Positions 28,301-39,284 of a DNA stretch of 59,196 bases are shown in pieces. The DNA lies in the NCBI GenBank assembly GCA_003344405.1, contig NOWV01000154.1, positions 124,001-183,196 of the forward strand. The letters are read 5' to 3'. Positions within the stretch are counted from its first letter, which is position 1. Each line of letters opens with the position of its first letter. Below the pieces are notes generated by a model that was not told where the DNA came from, did no database searches, and worked only from the letters and a program-made list of their open reading frames with translations. Source of the stretch: Trichoplax sp. H2 (lineage: Eukaryota). The translations under genes and the position numbers were made by a program.

Positions 28301-31300
28301 ACACTATTGAGTTAGATTACAGTTATTTTCACAGATTAATTAATTTTCTTGCGATAGTTTAGTACTAAATTATTTAAGTATTCGTATTTAAGCAATCGAT
28401 GCTATTACTAGTAATAACTTCGCTAGCCAGTAACACTCTAAGCATTACTAATAATATCACTTTTAGAATCTTGATTAGATCATAAATATAGTGACCTTGG
28501 TTATAATAGATACAATGATCTCCTAGTAAAATATTTTAAAATCTCAATCTAGCACTTTTTGCACCTGTAAATTGATTAAAGAATTCAACATACTCGAACA
28601 TAATGATGCTATCTGTACCTACAGAATATTTCAATATAACATTTGATAACAATCTTTAAGACTTCAAGTTAATATATTTACTTAATTCTAGGATAGAATT
28701 TGTGTTTATAACTCTTTGCGAATTCCAAATCTTTTTCGTCTTCGTTTGATTATTATATAGTTGTTAATATTTTTCATCGCTCAATTATAAATGCAATTAA
28801 TTGCTATACATTATATGTTTATCATAATATTACGCACTATTTTAATGTCAACGATTGAAATTTGATCCATGTCTTCATTTGGTTATCTTAATTCGGTACT
28901 TTTACGTTACAATTTTATGTGTATCGAATATCATTTTGTAAGATATATAGGAATGCTTGATTACGATTAACTGTTAAATCGCTTTGATGAATAAATACTA
29001 AAATGGATTTTATATTTCTACTTCATTATATACGGTAACAATCAATGTTATTAAATAGTAGCCTGAGTCGAGCCGAAACTGTTACCTTTACGTTAATCCT
29101 GAAATTAAATATCACAAGCATAATATAAAGTTTTTCATACATTATATTACACTATCATCTACGTATTACATAATACCCAAGACTATTTATAATTGACTTT
29201 GATCTGTATTGGTCGAAATTACTATATGAATCAGAACTACAAACAACAACTCTTCCAGTAATTTAAGAAGTCGGTAACCTAATTTGTTAGAATAAATAAA
29301 GAATTTTTAATCATATATGTCTAACATATAAAATTAGCTAGAACATCTGCAAGAGTGTCAATCATTATCAGAATTAATTCAGAAAGCGTATTTGACAATT
29401 TATTATCAACTAATCGTCTAGATTCAAAAAAATTAATCTTACAGGCAATAAATTTTTAAGGGTATAGAATAGCAATTTGCTGTTGAGAAACTATGGATTA
29501 TATATGTATTGATTTATTATTCCTACCATTGCTGATTTTTAAAATTTTAAAATTTCCCATAGACAATGATAACAATTGATCGTAAAAAGATTAATAATAA
29601 CCTAAGTTGAAAACATAATCTGCTAGTGATCAGAGTGCCGTACATTGCGTCAGAGTAGTAACTAAAAATAGCGTTTTGGGCTTAGAATTAATACATGTAA
29701 ACGTAATTATTGCCAATAGAAAATGACAGAACGTATAGATTATCGTTTTAATTTCTAATTTAGAAAACAAAACAAAGCCAAACATTCTATTTTGTATCCT
29801 TTACATTAAGAAATATTTTTATCGTAATCTTCTTATGTGCAAAAGAACAAGGTCATCTATTGCATCTGCATTATAGCAACAAAAGCAGACAATGCTGGCT
29901 TTTTATTGAAAATTTAATCGCAATAACAACTAAATGACAATAATGAACTTCCGTCACATCTCGATATCCGTTAGAATTCTTCGAGTAACCAATAACATGA
30001 CGTTATGCGCAAAGACTCTCATATACTCTAACTAGCACTAATAATATTTTACAACTTTAGTACTTCCTGTATGCTCCAATACAATAAGTACGACTGTATT
30101 AAAACAACGAAACGATTTTGTAGCTTTACAACGTAAACTTGGGTAATCTCTTATTACAGTAAAGATATCAAAGAATTTTGGGTACTGCATTTATGTGTTT
30201 CCCAAATAATTTATTTCTTGGAGTAAATTAATCTACCATCTGTTAGTGAAGTTTGTCAACTCAATAACCGATTAGGTTAAAATGCCGACCTATGCAGTCC
30301 CTAATAACTACTGCAATTTATAGCATATAGGAAAATTATAGCTCTAATCCTTTGATATACATTTGCCGCTTGTTTTATGTCCTCCGATTTAAATCATGAT
30401 ACATTTATGCCAGTTTATGTGATGCTGTAGGCATAGTTCTTTTAATTTTATTAGCAAATTGGTCATATTATTCGTATTGCATATCCTGTTGACGATATTA
30501 TTAGTAATAACGGTAATAAAATATCGTAAATATAATGACGAATATGAAAACAACAACAACAATCGATGCATAGTGCAAGAAGAAAAGGAATCAATCGTTA
30601 CAAACACAAGTATAACTAGCGGTATTTCAGAGTAGGTTAAGGTAGTAGTGTTATACCAAAAAAGACGAATATTTTATTTTACCGTAGTTTATTTAGCTAT
30701 CCAACTAAGCTCTACTACCCAACACACTTTCCTTGCCCAAAGTTACGTTATTGCTCCACATATTAAATTTAGCATCGTTTAATTATTGCTAAAAACTGCC
30801 TTAAAATATTTATAAATTTTCCGTTACGAGTACCATAATTGCATCTTGTTTACATATTTACCAAAGGGAATCTCAGTAAATCTTCTATCCTTTGATGATT
30901 TACTATCAATCTCATTAGCCGGAAAAGCATAAAAAAACATTTAGTTTGATGATTGCAACGTCATTCAACAGGAAGGATCCTAGAGTATTAAATAAGCATT
31001 ATCAATGCAAGCCTACAAACAAATCAACCTTTTTACTACATTTAGATTAGCGTCTTTGTTTATTATTTTATTCATTAATATTTTATTTTTATCACAAATT
31101 AAGTCAGTATCAATATGCATATACAAGTAATAAGAGTACTTGTATTCGTGTTGAGATTTTGCCATCTCGAATAATTCGCAAGGTGACATGCCATCCGTTT
31201 AAAAGTGATGTATCACATACTACAGTATACTCTTATCGTCAGCAATTTAGAAATGGATCGTGTCACGCTGGTAGTTATCACTACAACATCAATATAGTCG

Positions 31301-32416
31301 CACTTTCACACAGAAAGTAAAAGCCAATGTCTGTTTTCAAGATAGTAATTGTGAACCTCTCGTCTAGAAGCGGTAACTCTCAAATAAATTATAACATTTT
31401 CTTGCACTTTATTCGAGTGTAATGTGGCTATTAGATCAATTTATGCCGCGGTAGTTATTTACCCCAGTCTAATTTATGTAGAAAATGAATCTGTAAAGAC
31501 AAAATAATCAATGTGATGACATCACCACTGTTATTCAATCGAATTAAAATTTATTATACCCGTAGAATTATAGCCAGATTGTACGGTACTCCACGAAGAT
31601 TGAACTGATAATTAGGCCATGTAAACGAATAAATATCATTTTTCAATGAACCGGGCGGCTATTATTGCTTGCTATTGTTTTACGATTCAACGGATACAAA
31701 ATGTCGTGACCCATGTAGTAAATAATATTTGTTATAGGAAATAAGAAAATTAAAGCAAGCTTGTTTATATTAACTATTAATATTAATTCCACACTGCAGC
31801 TTTTATATTCTTTAAATAATTAATCATTGTTCAGTATTACTATAGAAGTACCAAATAAAAAATTCAGGGCTCTATTTATTCTAATTTAAGATACCCTCCA
31901 TGTTACAGCATGGCTATTACTGGGCTAATTCCCTACATTCAGAGTTGCATTAACGTAAGTAAGGACTGCTAGATGTACCGATATATCTTGTAGTCCATGA
32001 CGTAATTTATAACTTACATAATTACTTATTCAAGTGCATGTTGCAGTATAAAGTAAAGTAAAAAAAGGCTTTGCACTGCACTGATAAGACAATTTAATCC
32101 TGTTTATTATATTACCAATGCAAAACTAATATTGTACAGTAGTGCCTACAATAATAATATTTGTCGATAACTTCCTTAACACGTTACTCCGCTGTACTGT
32201 AGGACAGTACTTTTAGTGAAATCTTAGTTGTTGGTTGCTTATACAGCAGTATTCTGCGTTTTTGCACCGTTTCCTAGTACTGTATACAGTATGTTTAAAA
32301 AATGTTATTAACTGTAATCCGTGTACGTCTCCATAAGGCTCTACTAGCGCTAATGTACAGTACTGTATGTCGGACAGTATCACCGGCGTCACTGCATAGA
32401 CTACCTTTAGTAACAT

Positions 32417-32973
32417 AGAAGACCTAAACTGATCACTCTTGGACGGGCGGACATTTCAGGCCTCATCTCGTCAAAATATTAAGCCAAACACTTCGTTATG
32501 GCACTACTTTAGTATGCAGTCGGCGGCCGATTTTGAATTGGCCGATGTTTTCTTAATAATTAATATGGATCTTCCGTATCTGTTTTCTAAATCACTGATA
32601 CTAATTTACAGTACAGTAAATAGCGTTTATGATCTTATACAGTACTGTATATACTGTATAACTACTGTACTGTGCGAGTTTAGACCCGCTGACTTTGCTG
32701 GCGAAAATATCTGTAGTAATCCAAGTATCCGTCCGTCCTATCAACTTTATACAATTTAATTTACAGTAGAGAGGATTTGGTTGGTTGGGATAATGGTTGC
32801 GCACGCGATACAAAATTTTTTTTAATATACAGTATATTAGAGTCGATGATTATCAATGTAACAGATCATAGAATTCTATGCAATATTACCTAAGTAGTCA
32901 TTTTTTGATATTGACAGCCTCATTTGCTTAGAAAAGTCCGTCTGTCTGAGGGGGTGATCAGTCCAGGTCTTCT
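32417..32973. mobile_element. Putative non-autonomous DNA transposon/MITE relic (~557 bp) bounded by ~42-bp imperfect terminal inverted repeats
   Basis: Left 32417-32457 AGAAGACCTAAACTGATCACTCTTGGACGGGCGGACATTTC versus the reverse complement of 32931-32973 AGAAGACCTGGACTGATCACCCCCTCAGACAGACGGACTTTTC: 18/20 identity at the outer end, 13/17 in the inner block. No coding capacity and no clean target-site duplication. Confidence 0.55.
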
Positions 32974-33203
32974 TCTAGTACTGCAGTCTACAGTATGACA
33001 GTACCAGGGACTAGTAAAAGAAAGAGACGGGCGTAGAGGTAAGAAAAACAAGTTTTTTCTCACCTCGACGGAGACGGGACGACAAGAAACGGTTGTTTCG
33101 CTATACTAATGAAGTTAGAAGCTGATTATTTTATCGGTCATTTCAGCTGTATCGCGTGTCTGTACACTATAGTATCATTTGAGACGTTCGAGTGCTTTAC
33201 AAT

Positions 33204-33310
33204 TGTACAGTACAATATACTGTACTGTACGAGTACGGTACACGTACCTACAGTACTGTATACAGTACAGTACAGTACTGTAGCTACTGTACCGTACAGT
33301 GTACAGTACC
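33204..33310. repeat. (TACAG)n/(CTGTA)n array ~200-300 bp upstream of the PDHA1 ATG
   Basis: ctacagtactgtatacagtacagtacagtactgtag and neighbouring units. Smaller patches lie at ~32133-32370 and ~32625-32675. Confidence 0.85.
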
Positions 33311-33332
33311 GGAAACTGGAAACTGGAAACTG
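33311..33332 (+). repeat. Tandem 7-mer (GGAAACT)x3 in the PDHA1 upstream region
   Basis: ggaaact ggaaact ggaaact g, directly after the TACAG array. Confidence 0.8.
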
Positions 33333-33512
33333 ACTGTAGCAGATGATTTTTCCTCCACGCTTAAAAACCGATTCGCTCAGTGGAATGGAGCAAGTTAGAT
33401 GAATGCTCTAATCTACAGACTTGCCGCACTAGCATCATTAATCTCCAATATAGCAGAGTATTAATTAATTGCAATTGTTGAGGGAAAAACTAACTAAGCA
33501 ATCCGATACGAC

Positions 33513-36500
33513 ATGCTCCAGAGGTGCAGCAGCCTTCACAGATTTGCTAGATTCACTGGAATCCGTCAACTGGTAAAGTTTCATTCTTTCTCGAAAAGCT
33601 GTCGTTAATGCTTACATCATGTTGTACTGTACAGAATAATGTACACCTTAGTGTATAACCCATACTGTGAATAAAATATATGTACAGTATATGTATATAT
33701 AATTATTAATTTATCGTTTACAGTTTACGTTAACGAAAGCAGCTACGCTTTGAAAATCATTTTAAATTATCTGTTTCAAATGATCAGAGTTAGCATTGTA
33801 ACCAATATTTACTGCTTGTAAAAAACATCGACGCTATGAGGCTGTTCTATCTAAGAAGACCATAAATGTCTTGAGCTTCAATTAAACCAACAGGCATAAC
33901 AGTTGTCAATGCAAGTTTATCGACTATAGTCGCGTAATATTACTTTTTGTGACCTCCATTAACAATACTACTGCTTTAACTAATCCTATTTTCACTGCAG
34001 GTTGGTTATGGCAACAAATTCTCGTCAACAGCTACTGAAGGCCAAGCTGAATTTCAGTTATTGGTAATAACAATTCATTCCCTTGCAAACATATGAACAG
34101 TTATAGTAAATTATATATAAACTTTCTACTGTATTTCGATTACTCACTTTACTATGACACCAATGTAACTAAAAATAGTTGAACTTAGTAAATTTACAAC
34201 ACCATCTGCAATTGCATGCATATTTTTCAGTGATATCAAATTGAATAAACAGTCTCGAATTCAATATAGGAAAGTCAATGCAGCGTTTGTCTAGCATACT
34301 GTCATTCGATTTTACTGGAAGATGTTATCTCTATTGCTTTCAATTGTACGTAGCTTTGCACATGATATTATCACTTTTACATGACGATTTTATCCAGTAA
34401 TAGCTCTGGTAAAAACAGTGGGTTATTAATTAAAATTATCTATAAGTCAGCTCTTAATTTGTAGTAATAACGTGACATAATCATCTCAAATTAATTTCGG
34501 TATCGAAAACACTCGCCTGTCATATGGTACCACGATTCATACATAAACGTTAGTAATCATCATACTTTCGCATAGCCATACCAGGTCCACGCTTTAGAAA
34601 ATGAATTACCAACAGCAGCAACTATAACACGCAGTGAGGCACTCCAATATTACAAGCAGATGCAAACAATTCGGCGGCTGGAAGTGACAGCTGATAACCT
34701 ATATAAATCAAAACAGATTCGCGGATTTTGTCATCTGTATAATGGCCAGGTATGTGATATATCTATCAAGGTTTTATAACGTAAAATGGAGCGCAACGTA
34801 TGTTCTGGTATCTAATATAAAGAGCATGATACTTCGATATCTCCTAAATAATAGTACCTTTATATTTATATTTAACATCTCATGTTTATATATAAAAAGA
34901 AATTTAATTTACTTCCTGATGCTAAGTTATGCCGGTATTAAGGTTATATACATTTTCATGCCTCTATAATATTCAGGAAGCTTGTGCTGTTGGAATCGAA
35001 GCCGCAATAACACCAGAAGATAGCATTATTACTGCTTATAGAGCGCATGGTTGGACTTATCTGCGTGGAGTAAGTGTGGAAGGGGTCTTGGCGGAATTAA
35101 TTGGTATGGATTGAGATACGTATAAATATTCAGCCGAAGATAAATCTTACTCTTGAATCTAGATTGTCTTGAGTACAGCGTATTACTGAATGCTCTTTTC
35201 TCCGTATAAACACTATGTAACGACATACACGTATATGTATTTATTTTAGGTCATGAAAATGGATGTGCTCGAGGAAAAGGTGGATCTATGCACATGTATG
35301 GAAAAAATTTCTATGGCGGTAATGGTATTGTTGGAGCTCAGGTACTTGTTGGAAGCGATCATAGTCAGTTTGATACATTATAATTATTTAAGAGTACTTG
35401 CAAATTAGAAATATTTTGAAATTATCTGCGTACAGGTTCCCCTAGGAGCTGGTATTGCATTTGCTCATAAGTACAACAAAGACAATAAGGTCTGTATTAC
35501 CTTGTATGGGGATGGAGCAGCTAATCAAGGCCAGGTAAGCTGTGGTTTCGCTATGTTCACTCAATGTATTCTTCCTACAAAGCATATTTTCTTGGTGTTG
35601 ATTGCTATACGTAGAAATTTGTCTACAAAATTTTATTTGCATTCTTCGTTAAAATAGGTATTTGAGACTTTCAATATGGCCAAGTTATGGAGTCTCCCAT
35701 GCATTTTTGTATGCGAAAATAATAAATATGGAATGGGAACATCAGTAGAACGTGCATCTGCTTCCACCGAATACTATACAAGAGGAGATTATATACCCGG
35801 AATTAGGGTGAGACCGATACACGATATATGGCCTACAAATGATACTGTGAATAAGTTTATGTTATGGTTTTGACCACATACTTTTCTATTAATAAGGCAA
35901 ATGGACATGATGTGATTACTGTTAGAGAAGTGACAAAATTTGCGGCTGATTGGTGTCGTAATGGAAAGGTATGTGAATAGTTATAACTGTGACAAAATGT
36001 ACGATAATATTTTTCAGTCTATTCATGTTTTTTGGGTATTGTATTAGGGACCGATTATTATAGAATTAGAAACTTACAGATATAAAGGTCACAGTGTTAG
36101 CGATCCTGGTATTAGGTAATAACGTAGTAACTCCTATAATAAAAACTTTTCGTTGCATAGTAGCATAAGATTTATAAACCCACAAAAGACATTGTATTAT
36201 ATTTAACATTTTTAAATAATTTTAAATAGTTACCGCACGAGAGATGAAATTGATCATGTTCGTAAAACGAGTGATCCAATTGCGATGCTAAAGAAGAAGC
36301 TATTAGATAGTAGCCTTGCTACTGAAGATGAAATTAAGGTATCTTATTTACAAAACCGATAACCTCGATTGCTCTAGTCCTGAAATGATGGTACTTAGGA
36401 TAGCACAGATATTCTAATTTAAATTCACTACAGTGCTATATTTTGAGCTTGTTAATGTAATAGATGAGCTCAGTCTAATATATGGTCTTCTATTTGGCTT

Positions 36501-36716
36501 CACTACTTTTTCACAAAATGATAATTTACGTGTCCTGCTTGAAAGGGTATCGATAACGAAGTTAAAAATTATGTCAGTGGTGAATTAAAGAAGGCCCAAA
36601 ACGGTAAAGAGTTACCCTTAGAAGATCTTTATAACGACGTGTATGTTGGCGATGAAAGTGAAGTCAAAGGATGTGAACCGTTCGCTTATAATAAATCAAA
36701 AAGTACATTTATGTAA
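33513..36716 (+). CDS. PDHA1: Pyruvate dehydrogenase E1 alpha subunit, mitochondrial; 11 exons
   Basis: Exons 33513-33572, 34001-34063, 34576-34749, 34977-35103, 35250-35341, 35436-35534, 35658-35807, 35897-35968, 36048-36115, 36230-36338, 36546-36716. Arg-rich presequence [20 protein letters not shown]; motifs [63 protein letters not shown]. Confidence 0.97.
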
Positions 36717-37489
36717 CCACTATAGTAAATTAGAAAATGCTATCATTTTTCTATGATTATAAATATATTTGAATCTTATCCGCTTGGTATAATTTAATAT
36801 AAAATAAAGAAAGCGTAGTTTTTACCTCCAGTGACTGTATTACTAGCGATACAATTTAGTTTGATTTGCAGGTTTTGCTATTTTTAATTGTGACACTGAA
36901 TTCATTAATGATATTATTTACGTTACCCTTGTAAGCGAACTGTTGAAAAGTTTTTAATTCGGATATGATTATAGCATCAAGCTAACTCAGTTCTATTGCT
37001 GACTGCTTTAATAGTATGCCCTTCAGCAAAGATAATGAATTTATAAGTTATGCAGCTTATTTCAATTTTAACTTTATGAAAATGAATTGAATTCAAATAC
37101 AAATTAGTAAATACAAAATTCATAAGATCTTTTACTGAGTGGTAGATATAAATATTGTCCGGAGCGAAATCAAAAATAATTATATTATCAGCAGACAACG
37201 CCAATTTATTAAACTGGATACCGCAGATTCTTAAAAATCATAGTGGGATACATGTTGTCTGCGAAAGTGTATCACTCTTGCTAGTCCATCTGTAATTCTA
37301 TACTAAAGGATAGTAGTCGCCTTGCTTACGTCACATCAACGGAAAGCCAGCCATATGGCATAGCAGTACGCGTACGTCTAACCGTAACTATGACGGGTTT
37401 TAAAGCAAATCCAATATGCAGTAAGATGTACAGTATATAAGTACCTATATTTTACTAAGCAGGTTCTCGAGAGCCATTATTCAGCGTCG

Positions 37490-37666
37490 GTAAGTCTGAT
37501 GAACTGTTATACAGGCTTACAAATCTTCATGACTTGCCAAGTTACAGTTGATTGTTATCTGTAATTTTTTAGTTCAAGAATTGAAGTTATACGTGTATAT
37601 TGTATATTGCTGATCGATCGATTGGATTAAACATTTCAATTTTTACTAACTGAATTAATTAAATAG
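37490..37666 (+). other. Probable 5'-UTR intron of the first EHD gene
   Basis: Donor G|GTAAGT at 37490, branch-like TACTAAC at 37644-37650, acceptor AAATAG 10 nt before the ATG. Confidence 0.6.
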
Positions 37667-37676
37667 TAACGCTAAG

Positions 37677-39284
37677 ATGACAGACAGTAATAATACATGG
37701 GAGAATTTGCCTGAACCATCGCCAGAAGCCGCTTTAGAAAACTTAAGGGAAGCGTACACTAATAAAGTATTGCCACTAGAGTTATATACTAAATTCAATG
37801 AACTTCATGCCAGACAACTTACTAGTGCAGATTTTGCGACTACGCCATTAATTATGGTGACGGGTCAATATTCAACAGGAAAGACGACATTTATTAACTA
37901 TTTATTGGGCCGTAGCTATCCTGGAGAACGAATTGGCCCAGAACCCACTACCGATAATTTCACTCTAATCACGAAAGGCGACGAAGACCAGCTGCTGCCA
38001 GGTAGTACACTCGTGGTCGATAAAAAAGAACGCTATGGTGGCTTAGCTGAGTTTGGTAATGCTTTCTTAAGAAATTTCGTTTGCTCGAAATGTAATTCAA
38101 AAGTACTCGAGAATTTAACGATTATAGATACCCCAGGTATTGTTAATGTTGAAGACTATATGCACGGACGTGGATACGAGATGGAAAAAGTTATTAAATG
38201 GTTTGCTATTAGAGCTGATCGGATTGTCTTCTTTTTTGATACACACAAATTTGATTTTGGTGATGAATTCGTTAATGTTGCACGATCACTTGGCAGACAC
38301 ATTAAAAAACTGCGCATTGTCATGAATAAAGCTGATTCAGTACAAGAGCAAGATTTAATTCGTGCGCATGGTGCTCTAATGTGGTATTTAACTAAAATTA
38401 TTAAGGCATCCGAAGTACCACGCGTATTCGTCGGCTCATTTTGGGAAGAACCATTGAAGAAAAATGAAAAAAGGGATTATTTTGAAGCTGAAAAGCTTGA
38501 TTTATTAGAAGACATACGCTCTCTACCTCGTTATGTTATCTTACGAACTATTAATGATGTCATCGAACGCACAAGGCTTCTTAAAGTTCATACTTACGTT
38601 CTTGCTTATATTCATAAACATTTACCGTCACGCTTAGCAAATCGAGCCAAAAGAAAGAATGAATTGCTACAAAATATGGCACATATCTATAAAAGAGTAC
38701 AAGAGGTATTCAATTTACCTGATGGCGATTTTCCACCAATTGAAGAGATGCAAGCTAAACTATCTAACATTGATGTAAACCGTATACCCCCTTTTCGATC
38801 AAAATTAATGCATCGCTTAGACGAGTTTCTTTTTCTGGATTTACCTGATATTATAAGTCAGGTTCCCAAAGCCAGTGAGACTGTAAGTGGCGGTGCATTC
38901 GATGGTAATGTAGGGCCATTCCATAAGACTGCGTTGATAGAGGCTTTAGAAGGTACACGTAAAATTCGGTTAACCCGATGGCCAGTCGTACGATACAAGA
39001 AAGAGTACGATCAGGTATTTGAGACGTTAGATCCTATAAACGGTAAAGTTCATGGTGATGTAGCACGCGAAGAAATGATTAAATCAAGACTATCTAATAA
39101 TCTGCTAGGCCGCATATTTTTGTTGGCTGACGTTGACAAGGACGGCCAGTTAGACATAGAAGAATTTGCTTTGTGTATGTACTTAATTAGAATTAAGCTA
39201 GAAGGCAAAGATTTACCGGAAACTTTGCCCTACGAATTAATACCGCCTAGTCAAAGGAGTGCTTTTAAAGATCTATTTGAATAA
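37677..39284 (+). CDS. EHD: EH domain-containing dynamin-like ATPase (EHD/RME-1 family), divergent paralogue, intronless CDS
   Basis: 535-aa ORF with GQYSTGKT, IGPEPTTD, IIDTPG, NKAD, linker GPF and a C-terminal EH domain (LADVDKDGQLDIEEFAL). Confidence 0.95.
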   Translation: MTDSNNTWENLPEPSPEAALENLREAYTNKVLPLELYTKFNELHARQLTSADFATTPLIMVTGQYSTGKTTFINYLLGRSYPGERIGPEPTTDNFTLITKGDEDQLLPGSTLVVDKKERYGGLAEFGNAFLRNFVCSKCNSKVLENLTIIDTPGIVNVEDYMHGRGYEMEKVIKWFAIRADRIVFFFDTHKFDFGDEFVNVARSLGRHIKKLRIVMNKADSVQEQDLIRAHGALMWYLTKIIKASEVPRVFVGSFWEEPLKKNEKRDYFEAEKLDLLEDIRSLPRYVILRTINDVIERTRLLKVHTYVLAYIHKHLPSRLANRAKRKNELLQNMAHIYKRVQEVFNLPDGDFPPIEEMQAKLSNIDVNRIPPFRSKLMHRLDEFLFLDLPDIISQVPKASETVSGGAFDGNVGPFHKTALIEALEGTRKIRLTRWPVVRYKKEYDQVFETLDPINGKVHGDVAREEMIKSRLSNNLLGRIFLLADVDKDGQLDIEEFALCMYLIRIKLEGKDLPETLPYELIPPSQRSAFKDLFE

